From an uncultured Acetobacteraceae bacterium (GTDB lineage: Bacteria > Pseudomonadota > Gammaproteobacteria > Steroidobacterales > Steroidobacteraceae), in contig CAZZXZ010000003.1 of assembly GCA_964658135.1 (NCBI GenBank), positions 5,914 through 69,913 on the forward strand: 64,000 bases of DNA. The letters run 5' to 3'. Shown in pieces: positions 18,800-29,348 of the stretch (its first letter is position 1; the number at the start of each line of letters is the position of its first letter). The notes below the pieces were generated by a model. It searched no databases and had not been told where the DNA came from. It saw only the letters and a list, made by a program, of their open reading frames with translations. A program made the position numbers and the translations under genes.

Positions 18800-19819
18800 A
18801 TGACACCGACGCACGTCATCACAGGAAGTTTCGGTGCGGGAAAAACCACCGCGATCCGCTCGCTAATGGCACACAAGCCGCACGATGAACTGTGGGTGGT
18901 GATTCTCAACGAGTTCACCGACGCAGGCTTGGACGCGCTGAGCGTCGCCCAAGCCGCACAGGGATCTTACGACGTCCGCCTGGTCGCCGGCGGGTGTCTA
19001 TGCTGTATCGGCGAACTCGAATTCGGTAAACAGCTGCGCAACATACTGAGGAACTTGAAGCCCAGACGTCTGCTCATCGAACCGAGCGGAGCCGGGCATG
19101 CCGCCGATATCATCGATGAACTCGCCGTCTACGAAACGCAGCGGGCACTGACTCTCGAGAGCGTGATCTGTCTGGTCGACCCTCTGGATGCCGTACGCAT
19201 CGAAGCCACTCGGCCGCAGAACGAATGGTCCCAGATCCAATCGGCCGACGTATTGCTGATGTCCAAGCCCGATCTCGCGGACCCACCACAGCGCGCCGCC
19301 TTCGAGGCCATCGTCGCGGCGCAATATCCCTGCAAAGGGTATGTCGGCTCGTGCAGCCAAGGCGACCTGCCGTCCGCCGCTCTGCGCGCATATGCACGGA
19401 CGTCGGAATTTTCCTTGGTACGCAGAGCGGACGGCGTGACAGAACCGCGCACCATCGAGTTTCCGGTGGCCGGGCTGCTCGGCAGCGAGACCCGGCTGGG
19501 CCAACTCGGCTTTTGGGCGGTGAGCTGGGTTCTCCCGCGCGAAGTGACGTTCTCGCGCAGCGTCCTCGAACCGCGGCTCACCTGGCTGGTCGACGCCTAT
19601 CGGACGCTGCTGCGACGCTGCAAAGCGGTGTTTCGTACCGGACCCGGTCCCTCCTGGCAGATCCAGAGTCACGGTCATGGTCTGGCATGCGAGGACAGCG
19701 CCTATCGCCGCGACAGCCGCGTTGAGATCGTGCTGACGAGCGATCCCACGGAGGCGTTTCTCGATCATTGGCGCGCCCTGTGGCGCGATGCCGCATTGGC
19801 ACCCCGTCGGGCGCCATAG
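18800..19819 (+). CDS. COG0523/CobW-family metallochaperone GTPase
   Basis: Walker A GSFGAGKTT, CxCC motif (GGCLCCIG), and LIEPSGAGHA. ATG 18800 gives a normal N-terminus. The ORF extends upstream to 18698. Confidence 0.82.
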   Translation: MTPTHVITGSFGAGKTTAIRSLMAHKPHDELWVVILNEFTDAGLDALSVAQAAQGSYDVRLVAGGCLCCIGELEFGKQLRNILRNLKPRRLLIEPSGAGHAADIIDELAVYETQRALTLESVICLVDPLDAVRIEATRPQNEWSQIQSADVLLMSKPDLADPPQRAAFEAIVAAQYPCKGYVGSCSQGDLPSAALRAYARTSEFSLVRRADGVTEPRTIEFPVAGLLGSETRLGQLGFWAVSWVLPREVTFSRSVLEPRLTWLVDAYRTLLRRCKAVFRTGPGPSWQIQSHGHGLACEDSAYRRDSRVEIVLTSDPTEAFLDHWRALWRDAALAPRRAP

Positions 19820-19827
19820 CGGGCGTC

Positions 19828-21009
19828 TCAGCCGCGCGACCGCAGGTCGCGCATCGATTGCAATACCGTGTCCGCCCGGATCGAGGCAATGTCCGCCGAC
19901 AAGGCATCGGTATAGCGATAGATGAATTCGCCCACGTGCGCATCGCGTTGCCGCGTGAACACGTCGGGATACACCGTCGCCACACGGTCGATGCCGGCCT
20001 TGGCGTACTCGGTGAAGCGGTCATGGTTGACGCCGTTCGCCACAATGATCGTGGGCCGCCCGCACGAGGCGCCGAGATGCGCGGCCATGGTGTCGTTGGT
20101 GCACACGGCGTCCGCCCCGGCCACCCAATGGAGCAGTTCGAGCAAGGAGGCCTTACCGGCGATGCTTTGCGCGTCGGTTTGCTGCCGGATGGTTTCCGCC
20201 ATACCGATTTCTGCCGCACTGCCGCCGGCCAGTATCACGGCTGCCGCATTGGTTTGCCGATATCGATGTATGAACTCGATCCAGCGCTGCGCGGGCCAGC
20301 GTTTGCTACGCGTGTTGGCGCCGACGAAACACAAAATGTAAGGTCCGGCGTGCGGCGCTTTGAACGGGTGCTCGATACCGGGACGAGCGCCCGGATAGCG
20401 TTGTCCACAGATCCACGCCGCGAACTCGCCGTTGAATACGAACTCGTGTGCGCCGGCGGCGGAGCCGCTGAACACTTTCTGGTACAACGCGTCGGAGGCC
20501 GCGTTCCAACTCGCATGCGCGTACGTATTGGCCGAGCCGATGCCGAGCCGCGGAGCGGCCGCCAGCATGCATAGATCGTCGAGCAGCAAAGGTCGCGTAC
20601 GCGCCGGCGCGATGACGATTTCGAAACCCTTTTCCCGCAACCGACGCCAAATCTGCAAGCGATAGTCGGCGGACTCGAGATAGCGTTTCTTGTCGAGCCA
20701 GAGGGCGTCGTCGACGCCCTGCGCATCGAGCGCCGTGAACAACTCCTTCCAAGCGAGGTTCCCCAACAGCGTGATGGCATGGCCCTGCCATCGCGCGGAA
20801 TTTTTATACATGCCGAGCTGGTTCCTGAACAGCAGGTAATCGCCGATGTCGTCCAGTCTGACGATGAGCAATCGCTTCTCGACGGGATGCGGCGCGGCGA
20901 GCGAACGCTGGAGCAGCCGCCACTCGTTGAAATACCTCAGTATCTGCCGGCCCTCTTTGTTCGAGCGGTATCTGCGCAGCAGCAACGACGCCCGGCGTAG
21001 AGCGATCAC
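19828..21009 (-). CDS. Glycosyltransferase family 9 (heptosyltransferase-like)
   Basis: LLIVRLDDIGDYLLF N-terminal motif and the C-terminal ...AVCTNDTMAAHLGASCGRPTIIV motif are typical of GT9. GTG start. Confidence 0.65.
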   Translation of the reverse strand: MIALRRASLLLRRYRSNKEGRQILRYFNEWRLLQRSLAAPHPVEKRLLIVRLDDIGDYLLFRNQLGMYKNSARWQGHAITLLGNLAWKELFTALDAQGVDDALWLDKKRYLESADYRLQIWRRLREKGFEIVIAPARTRPLLLDDLCMLAAAPRLGIGSANTYAHASWNAASDALYQKVFSGSAAGAHEFVFNGEFAAWICGQRYPGARPGIEHPFKAPHAGPYILCFVGANTRSKRWPAQRWIEFIHRYRQTNAAAVILAGGSAAEIGMAETIRQQTDAQSIAGKASLLELLHWVAGADAVCTNDTMAAHLGASCGRPTIIVANGVNHDRFTEYAKAGIDRVATVYPDVFTRQRDAHVGEFIYRYTDALSADIASIRADTVLQSMRDLRSRG

Positions 21010-21016
21010 AGCGTCA

Positions 21017-21118
21017 TCAGCGAAAGATCAAAAAGATCAGACCGACCTTGCAGGCCAACGCGACGACTATGGCCAAACGCTGACCCCAGCCGCGCTTTTC
21101 GAAGTCGGACACTCTCAT
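21017..21118 (-). CDS. Candidate 33-aa single-TM small protein
   Basis: ATG 21118 is preceded by AGGAG at 9-nt spacing. MRVSDFEKRGWGQRLAIVVALACKVGLIFLIFR* has one hydrophobic helix. It ends 7 nt before the GT9 start. It is below the ORF-track length cutoff. Confidence 0.35.
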   Translation of the reverse strand: MRVSDFEKRGWGQRLAIVVALACKVGLIFLIFR

Positions 21119-21170
21119 CAAGCCACGCTCCTGCTAAAGTCACCATGAGCCGAGCAAAAGGTTATACAGA

Positions 21171-21584
21171 ATGACGATCACCGGTGGTTGTTTATGCAGG
21201 GCGGTCCGCTACGAGAGCACGGCGGCGCCCATCGTGACGCGAGTCTGTTGGTGTCGCCTGTGCCAGTATCTGGGCGCGGGCAGCGGCACGGTGAACACCT
21301 GCTTTGCCGTCGATTCTTTTACCGTTCGCGGCGACACTCACGGCTATCGCAGCGTCGCGGACAGCGGCAATTCGATGCATCGGCGCTTCTGTCCCCTGTG
21401 CGGTACGCATCTGTTCAGCGAAACCGATGCGCGTCCGCAGCTTATTTTCGTGCGTGCAGGCTCGCTCGACGATCCAGAAATCGTCAAACCCGCCATCACC
21501 ATATGGGCCGCGGCCGCGCCGACTTGGGCGTGTTTCGATACGGCGTTGCCGGTAGTGGCTAAGCAGCCTGCGCCTGCTGCGTAA
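21171..21584 (+). CDS. GFA/CENP-V family zinc protein (glutathione-dependent formaldehyde-activating-like)
   Basis: GGCLCRAVRY...CWCRLCQ...RRFCPLCGTHLF cysteine pattern. Confidence 0.8.
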   Translation: MTITGGCLCRAVRYESTAAPIVTRVCWCRLCQYLGAGSGTVNTCFAVDSFTVRGDTHGYRSVADSGNSMHRRFCPLCGTHLFSETDARPQLIFVRAGSLDDPEIVKPAITIWAAAAPTWACFDTALPVVAKQPAPAA

Positions 21585-21611
21585 TCTGGGCGACCGGCAT
21601 GAGCGCAGCCT

Positions 21612-23253
<1,642 letters not shown>

Positions 23254-23379
23254 TCGCAGCGCAATCCATGCAATCTCGTGCCGGTATTTTACCTTATAGA
23301 TCAAATACAATGCAGCGTTCCGTCCCGTCGCCGGTTTTGACCTGACAGGGGCGTCGCCGACCGACCAAGGAGACATCAC

Positions 23380-24684
23380 ATGATCCGTCGCATCAAAGCG
23401 GGTTTGAGTGCCGGCACGAAGGCCGACGACGCGGCCCAAGTCCGCAAGACCGTCGAAGACATTCTCGGGGCCATCGAAACACGCGGCAGCGCGGCGGTGC
23501 GCGACTATTCGGAGAGATTCGATGGCTGGTCGCCGCCGCGGTTCCGCCTTTCGAGCGACGAGATCGACGATTGCATTCGTAGTCTGCCCGTGAGCACGAT
23601 AGAGGACATCAAATTTGCGCAGACGCAGATACGGAACTTCGCGCTGGCGCAACGCGACTGCATCAAGGATCTCGAGATCGAGACGTTGCCGGGGGTCGTG
23701 CTCGGACATCGGAACATCCCCGTCAGCAGCGTGGGATGTTACGTCCCGGGCGGTCGCTATCCCATGGTCGCCTCCGCGCACATGAGTGTCGTCACCGCCA
23801 AGGCCGCCGGGGTGAAGCGCATCGTCGCCAGCGCACCGCCATTCGGCGGCCGACCGCATCCCGCCATCGTGACCGCCATGCATCTCGGCGGCGCCGATGA
23901 AATTTATGCGCTCGGCGGCGTGCAGGCCATCGGCGCCATGGCGTTGGGCACTGACGATGTCGCTGCGGTCGACGTCATCGTGGGTCCTGGTAACGCCTAC
24001 GTGGCGGAAGCAAAACGGCAACTTTTTGGGCGCGTCGGCATCGATCTGCTGGCTGGCCCCACCGAGACGCTGATCATCGCGGACTCGAGTTGCGATGCTG
24101 AGATGGCGGCAGTGGACTTGATCGGTCAAGCCGAGCATGGCCCCGGCAGCCCGGCCATACTGTTGACGGATTGCGCGCGGCTCGCGGCGGAGGTGCCGCA
24201 GGCCATCGACGCGCTGCTCGGGTGGCTGCCCACCGCCGACGTGGCGCGTATCGCTTGGCAAAACTGCGGCGAGATCATCCTGGTCGACACCCTGGAGGAA
24301 CTGGTACGGGAAGGCGACCGGATCGCATCGGAACACGTCCAAGTGCTCACCCGCGATCCGGATTATTTCTTGCGGCACCTGACGAATTTCGGCGCCTTGT
24401 TTTTAGGGCCGCGTACCAATGTCTCCTTCGGCGACAAGGTGATCGGCACCAACCATACGCTGCCGACCCTGCGCGCCGCACGCTACACGGGCGGTCTCTG
24501 GGTGGGAAAATTCCTCAAGACCTGTACGTATCAGCGCGTGACCACCGACGCGGCCAGCGCGTTGATCGGCGCATACGGGTCGCGGCTTTGCGAACTGGAA
24601 GGCTTCGCGGGTCACAAGGAACAGGCGGATTTGCGCGTCCGCCGATACGGCCTGGGTACGCCGGTCGGCGATGCGGTCGGTTAA
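23380..24684 (+). CDS. Histidinol-dehydrogenase-family oxidoreductase (HisD paralogue outside a his operon)
   Basis: [37 protein letters not shown] and GTNHTLPT motifs. AAGGAG lies before the ATG. Confidence 0.8.
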   Translation: MIRRIKAGLSAGTKADDAAQVRKTVEDILGAIETRGSAAVRDYSERFDGWSPPRFRLSSDEIDDCIRSLPVSTIEDIKFAQTQIRNFALAQRDCIKDLEIETLPGVVLGHRNIPVSSVGCYVPGGRYPMVASAHMSVVTAKAAGVKRIVASAPPFGGRPHPAIVTAMHLGGADEIYALGGVQAIGAMALGTDDVAAVDVIVGPGNAYVAEAKRQLFGRVGIDLLAGPTETLIIADSSCDAEMAAVDLIGQAEHGPGSPAILLTDCARLAAEVPQAIDALLGWLPTADVARIAWQNCGEIILVDTLEELVREGDRIASEHVQVLTRDPDYFLRHLTNFGALFLGPRTNVSFGDKVIGTNHTLPTLRAARYTGGLWVGKFLKTCTYQRVTTDAASALIGAYGSRLCELEGFAGHKEQADLRVRRYGLGTPVGDAVG

Positions 24685-25423
24685 TCCCGTCGCCGTCGTG
24701 ACCGGGGGCACCGGCGGCATCGGCGCGGCAATCTGCAACCGACTCGCCGCGGCGGGCTTCGCCGTCGCGGTGGGGTATCACCGATCGGCAGACGCGGCGC
24801 AGACCCTGGCAGCGTCGCTGCCGGGGCCGGGCCACCTGGCCGTGAGCACCCCGGTGACCGACAGCGCGGCGCTGCGGGTCATGGCCGCGACGCTCACCGC
24901 CCAGCATGGCCGTTGCGACGTGCTTGTCAACTGTGCGGGAACCACCCGCTTCGTGGCGCACGGCGACCTCGAAGGACTGGACGATGCGTTGATCGATGAG
25001 ATCTTCGCCACCAACGTGCGCGGCAGCTTCGCCGCCGTGCGTGCGCTGTTGCCACTTCTGAAATCGAGCACCCAGTTGGGCGGTGGCGTCGTCGTCAACG
25101 TGTCGTCCATTGCCGCTCGTACCGCGATGGGCAGCAACGTCATGTACTGCGCGTCGAAGGCGGCGCTGGACAGCATGACCCAGTCGTTGGCACGCGCGCT
25201 GGCCCCGGCGGTGCGTGTGGTCTCGGTGGCGCCCGGGCTGGTCGGCACGGATTTCGTCAAATCGCTCGATCTGCGTTGGCGCGACGAACAAATGGCACGT
25301 ACTCCGCTCGGCCGTCTGGCGAGACCTGAAGAAGTGGCCACGGCGGTGGTGGCGCTCGTGCAAGACCTGACGTTCACCACAGGTTGCATCCTTCCGGTCG
25401 ACGGCGGCCGCCCGCTCAACTAA
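24671..25423 (+). CDS. Short-chain dehydrogenase/reductase
   Basis: [17 protein letters not shown] and YCASKAAL (YxxxK) motifs. Overlaps the HisD-like gene by 14 nt. Confidence 0.85.
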   Translation: MRSVNPVAVVTGGTGGIGAAICNRLAAAGFAVAVGYHRSADAAQTLAASLPGPGHLAVSTPVTDSAALRVMAATLTAQHGRCDVLVNCAGTTRFVAHGDLEGLDDALIDEIFATNVRGSFAAVRALLPLLKSSTQLGGGVVVNVSSIAARTAMGSNVMYCASKAALDSMTQSLARALAPAVRVVSVAPGLVGTDFVKSLDLRWRDEQMARTPLGRLARPEEVATAVVALVQDLTFTTGCILPVDGGRPLN

Positions 25424-25442
25424 GTCCGCCCGGCCGGCGCCG

Positions 25443-26177
25443 TTACATCTGTTTGAAGCGCTCCGTGAAGTTGCGGCTGAGCGGCAGCACGTCCGCATGG
25501 TTGCGCAGATGAATATGTGCGCGTCCCAGCAAGTCGCGTTCGATGCGCTCGACCGCCGATAAATTCACGATGATGCTGCGATGGACTTGTACGAACTGCT
25601 GTGGATTTAATTGATTGAGCAATTCCTTCAACGGAATACGTGCCAGGTGACGACCCGTGGCCGTGACCGCCTCGGTATATTTTTCGCTGGACCGGCAATA
25701 GACCAGCTCGTTGACGGCAATCAAGCGCGTGGTGTCACCCAGGCGCACGGTGAGCCAGGCGAGCGTCGCCGGCGCCGGCGGGCGTAGCAACAGCGCACTC
25801 AATGCAGCCGCGTCGAGCACGCCCGCCGGGGTGTGCCGCAGCCGGGCGACGCACTGCGCGAGGCGCGCATCGCTCACCGGTTTGAGGAGATAATCCACGG
25901 CTGCTGCGTCGAATGCGCTCACGGCATACTCGTCGTGCGCCGTCACGAAGACGATGCGGGTGGATCCCGCTAGGCGCGCCACTTGAACTCCGTCGAGCCC
26001 GGGCATACGAATGTCTAGAAACGCGAACGTCGGTCGCCGCTCGGCGATGACGGCGGCGGCCTCGAGACCGTTGCCCACCACGGCGACGATGTCGAGCTGC
26101 GGCCAGGCGCGCTGCAACCGCTCGCTGAGGTCCGCGGCGAGCCGTGGCTCATCGTCGGCGATCAGCGCCGTACTCAC
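25443..26177 (-). CDS. LytTR-family response regulator
   Basis: Receiver domain (ALIADDEP...FLDIRMPGLDG) plus a C-terminal LytTR DNA-binding domain (...CRSSEKYTEAVT...VHRSIIVN). The GTG start overlaps the kinase stop (GTGA). Confidence 0.88.
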   Translation of the reverse strand: MSTALIADDEPRLAADLSERLQRAWPQLDIVAVVGNGLEAAAVIAERRPTFAFLDIRMPGLDGVQVARLAGSTRIVFVTAHDEYAVSAFDAAAVDYLLKPVSDARLAQCVARLRHTPAGVLDAAALSALLLRPPAPATLAWLTVRLGDTTRLIAVNELVYCRSSEKYTEAVTATGRHLARIPLKELLNQLNPQQFVQVHRSIIVNLSAVERIERDLLGRAHIHLRNHADVLPLSRNFTERFKQM

Positions 26178-27241
26178 GAGGTGACACCGCGGCTGCCTGC
26201 GCTGAGCGGCTGCATGGGAATGCGCAGCTCGGCGATGACGCCCTGGCGCGGGTGAGGTTGCAAGCTCAGACGACCCGCAGCGCCATACAGACTGGCGAGA
26301 CGGGCGCGTACGTTCGACAAACCGACGCCTTCCGGCCGCGCGCCGCGCATGCCGACCCCCGTGTCGGTCACCCGCAACACCAGCATGTCGTCGACGCGCT
26401 GCGCCTCGACGCTGATGTCGCCGCCCTCGAGCGCCGGTTCTATGCCATGTTTGATGGCATTTTCCACCAAGGGTTGCAGCAGCAACGAGGGCAACTGCAG
26501 CTCACTCAGACTCGCGGAGATGGTCACGCGGCTGCGCAATCGGGGACCCAACCGGATCGAGGCGATGACGAGCAGGGATTCGATCAACTCTTGCTCGTCG
26601 GCGAGGCGATAGTGCGCCGTGCGGCTGCGGCGCAACGTGCCGCGCAGGTAACGGATCAGATGTTCCAGCATTTGCCTGCCGAGCGCCGGATCGTGTTCGA
26701 TGGCACTTTGGACATGAGCCAAGGTATTGAACAAGAAATGCGGTTCGATCTGCGCCTGCAATAGGGCAAGTTCCGCCACCGCCTGCGAGCGGCTGGCCTC
26801 GGCGCGTTGGCGGCTTTCGATTTCCAATTCCAGGCGCAGTTTCGCGGCCCGCTCCGCGTTGGTGATGAAAACGGTGGCCGACGCGGCGAACAGCAGCGAG
26901 ATGCTGATGGACTTCCATTGGTGCAAGGGATCCGCGGTGAAGGCGCCGACGAAATCGAAATAGCCGAACAAGACCGCCGCCTTGCCGCCCAAAAAAATGC
27001 CGGCCGGTACGGCAATGATCAGGGCCGGCAGGAGGCCGAGGCGGTCGTCGCTGAGCGTGCGTAGCGCTTCGAGCATTCCCCAGATGGAAAATCCGATGGC
27101 GTTGCTCACCAGCAACTCCCAATACCAGGCCGACGTCGAGTCCTGCATCAGCGTGAGCGCCGCCGCAATCATCGAGCTCACCACGCAGACCATGCAAGCC
27201 GTCGCCCAATGACGCGACCGAATCGGTGCTCGCCCCTTCAT
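26174..27241 (-). CDS. LytS/YehU/AlgZ-type sensor histidine kinase (membrane bundle, no periplasmic domain)
   Basis: From ATG 27241 there are 4-5 TM helices. These are followed by the His_kinase box (LQAQIEPHFLFNTL) and HATPase_c (LLLQPLVENAIKHG...DTGVGM). The 805-aa ORF extension is rejected. Confidence 0.85.
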   Translation of the reverse strand: MKGRAPIRSRHWATACMVCVVSSMIAAALTLMQDSTSAWYWELLVSNAIGFSIWGMLEALRTLSDDRLGLLPALIIAVPAGIFLGGKAAVLFGYFDFVGAFTADPLHQWKSISISLLFAASATVFITNAERAAKLRLELEIESRQRAEASRSQAVAELALLQAQIEPHFLFNTLAHVQSAIEHDPALGRQMLEHLIRYLRGTLRRSRTAHYRLADEQELIESLLVIASIRLGPRLRSRVTISASLSELQLPSLLLQPLVENAIKHGIEPALEGGDISVEAQRVDDMLVLRVTDTGVGMRGARPEGVGLSNVRARLASLYGAAGRLSLQPHPRQGVIAELRIPMQPLSAGSRGVTS

Positions 27242-28521
27242 AGATAGTAGTCCACCAACAACTGCCAGGTCTGGCGTTCGGTGTCGGCCCCGTAATCCGA
27301 CGTGGTGGTGCCGGCGGCATCCTGCCAGCGCAGCGCCAGATCGAAGGCGACCCAATGATGCCGCACCTCGACGTACGGCAATCGACTGTGATCGGCCAAG
27401 TCCAGCCGCCAAAACGCCGTCAGATCCCAATGCCTGATGAGGACATCCGCCCAGCTGGCATACAAAAAGAGGTTCGATCGCGTCGGCAAGTCCTGCTGTT
27501 GATCCAGGTACTCGCGGTATCGCCCGTAGTCCGCCGGATCGCCTCGTTGCACCCCCGACCAGCGCTGCGCACTTAGACCTGCGCCGTTGTATTCGTACTC
27601 GACGGTCAGCGAGAGTTTGTTGGTGGCCGTGTAAGTGAGGCCCGTGGCGGCACGCGCTCGCCAGGTGCTGGTTTGCGGCTGATCGAGCGCCTGGGCGTAC
27701 AGCGACGTCGCGCGGCCGCTCGAGACCTCGGCATACACGATCGTGGACTGACCGATCAAACCGGTCGTGTTCAAGCCGACTTGTGTTGGGTGGCCGTCGG
27801 CGCCGAACACCAACCATTGCGGCGTCCATTTCGCCGCCAACCGTTGACTCACCGACACGAGCCAACGGCCCGTCGCATTGGTGGCCCCCCAGTCCGGCGC
27901 GAGCGCCGCGGTGCTGGTGTGCTGCGTGAGCCGCGGCGCGTAAAGCACCGTCAGCGCACCGCTGTCCCACAAGACCTCGCCGCGCGCCATGACCGTGCCG
28001 AGCCGATTGTCGCGCAAACTGTTGGGATCGAGCGAGACCACCGAGCGTACCGCGTCGGCGCGAAAGTAATCGGTCGGGTTGTAGCCGAACGCCACGCCCT
28101 GACGCCCGTTGATCCGGCCGCCGTCCAACACTACGTTCGCATCCGGTTGCCAGCTCACGTAAGCCTCCTTCAGGGTACCGACCGCCGCGCTGGCAGCGGG
28201 GTTCTGCGACCACGCCGTGTCCAGCCGTTCGGCGAGCACCGCACGCAAGCCCGCCGCCAACGCCGCATCGTAGCGCGCATCCAGGGACACCCGCTCGGTC
28301 TCGCTCTCGCCGCCCGACGTCTGCGCCGCCGCCGCGTCGCCTTCGACCGTCAGGGAGCTGAACCCGCTCTTTGCCGCCGCATCGGCGGGCGCGCCCGGCA
28401 GCGACAATGCCGCCGCATCCGACTCGTCGTCCGAGCCGATTCGGGTCTGCGCGCCCGCCCGCCCGGCAACCGCCAGGCTGACCAACGATCCGAGCACGTA
28501 CAGTCTCATGCCGAGGCCCAT
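27238..28521 (-). CDS. Outer-membrane beta-barrel protein, family not recognised
   Basis: Signal peptide (MGLGMRLYVLGSLVSLAVAGRAGAQ). An acidic, Ala-rich N-terminal segment of about 70 aa follows. The rest shows alternating amphipathic strands rich in Y/W/G (TGLTYTATNKLSLTVEYEY..., TWQLLVDYYL end). The stop overlaps the kinase start (ATGA). Confidence 0.6.
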   Translation of the reverse strand: MGLGMRLYVLGSLVSLAVAGRAGAQTRIGSDDESDAAALSLPGAPADAAAKSGFSSLTVEGDAAAAQTSGGESETERVSLDARYDAALAAGLRAVLAERLDTAWSQNPAASAAVGTLKEAYVSWQPDANVVLDGGRINGRQGVAFGYNPTDYFRADAVRSVVSLDPNSLRDNRLGTVMARGEVLWDSGALTVLYAPRLTQHTSTAALAPDWGATNATGRWLVSVSQRLAAKWTPQWLVFGADGHPTQVGLNTTGLIGQSTIVYAEVSSGRATSLYAQALDQPQTSTWRARAATGLTYTATNKLSLTVEYEYNGAGLSAQRWSGVQRGDPADYGRYREYLDQQQDLPTRSNLFLYASWADVLIRHWDLTAFWRLDLADHSRLPYVEVRHHWVAFDLALRWQDAAGTTTSDYGADTERQTWQLLVDYYL

Positions 28522-28523
28522 CG

Positions 28524-29348
28524 CTACTCCGGTTTGAAGCGTGCGAGATAGTCACGCTGCAGCCAGCTGTCCGGAACGTCGCGCTGCGCATAGTTCGAAT
28601 AACGCATGATGGTGACCCACTGACGATCCAAGCCGTCGATGATCACCGTCTCGGTCGGACGGTCCGCACCGAGTTTGCGTTCGTAGTGCCGATAGTAAGC
28701 GGTTTTCAACAACTGCCCGCTGTCGGCATAAAACTTCGCTTTCACGGGATGCGCATTGACGGTATCGATCCAGATCTCCAACCAGTCGTAGGTCACGTCC
28801 TTGGCCGCCGCCTCGAGCTTGAGTCGATGACAATGGCGCAGCTGCTGTTCGCCATCCGCGACGTCCTCATCGTCCACCAAGCGCGCGTGATAATCCTTCG
28901 CCAAGTTGACCGTCACCACATCGCCGTTGGCCGCCTGACCCAGCAGGCGCTGGCGCGGAGATATGCGCACGCTGGCCTGGCTCGAGGGATCGTAGAACCA
29001 GAGGTCGTTGCCGCTCTTCAGCATCAGTTTGTTGGCATCGCGCGCCGGCGCGACGAAGCGGATCAAATTACGATACTGCCCGTTCGCAGGATCGGCTTTT
29101 GCGTAGATCTGTAGGCTGTCGATATCGGTTTGATGCCCGTCGTGATATTCGATCATCGTCGTCGTCAGCCCGAACGAACCGCTTGGATTTCGTACCGCGT
29201 CGCTCGCGGCGAGGATTTTCTGGGCATCGTCCTGGTCATCTTGGCGGGCATCGGGGCCCGCGGCGTGCGCACTGCCGAGCGCACCGACGGTCAGCAGGAT
29301 TGCGCACAGGCGCTGCCGTAACCGACGCTCGACCCATCGTTCACACAT
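28524..29348 (-). CDS. LolA-like outer-membrane lipoprotein-sorting protein (periplasmic)
   Basis: From ATG 29348, signal peptide ...LLTVGALGSAHA. The pattern DLWFYDPSSQASVRIS...GDVVTVNL...WLEIWID..HPVKAKFYADSGQLLK is typical of the LolA_like family. Confidence 0.72.
   Translation of the reverse strand: MCERWVERRLRQRLCAILLTVGALGSAHAAGPDARQDDQDDAQKILAASDAVRNPSGSFGLTTTMIEYHDGHQTDIDSLQIYAKADPANGQYRNLIRFVAPARDANKLMLKSGNDLWFYDPSSQASVRISPRQRLLGQAANGDVVTVNLAKDYHARLVDDEDVADGEQQLRHCHRLKLEAAAKDVTYDWLEIWIDTVNAHPVKAKFYADSGQLLKTAYYRHYERKLGADRPTETVIIDGLDRQWVTIMRYSNYAQRDVPDSWLQRDYLARFKPE

Noticed and set aside
23254-24378. N-terminal 375 aa of the 643-aa minus-strand ORF that ends as panB
   Set aside because: It is entirely antisense to the well-supported HisD-family gene. 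The translation is Arg/Gly/His-rich with no motifs. PanB homology, with a normal length of about 268 aa, begins at ATG 23253. This is a typical long shadow ORF of GC-rich DNA.
27242-28591. Upstream 450 aa of the 805-aa ORF that ends as the histidine kinase
   Set aside because: It overlaps the beta-barrel gene out of frame. Its composition (R/G/A/P-rich) is non-protein-like. The kinase has a proper ATG (27241) in an ATGA junction with the barrel gene's stop.
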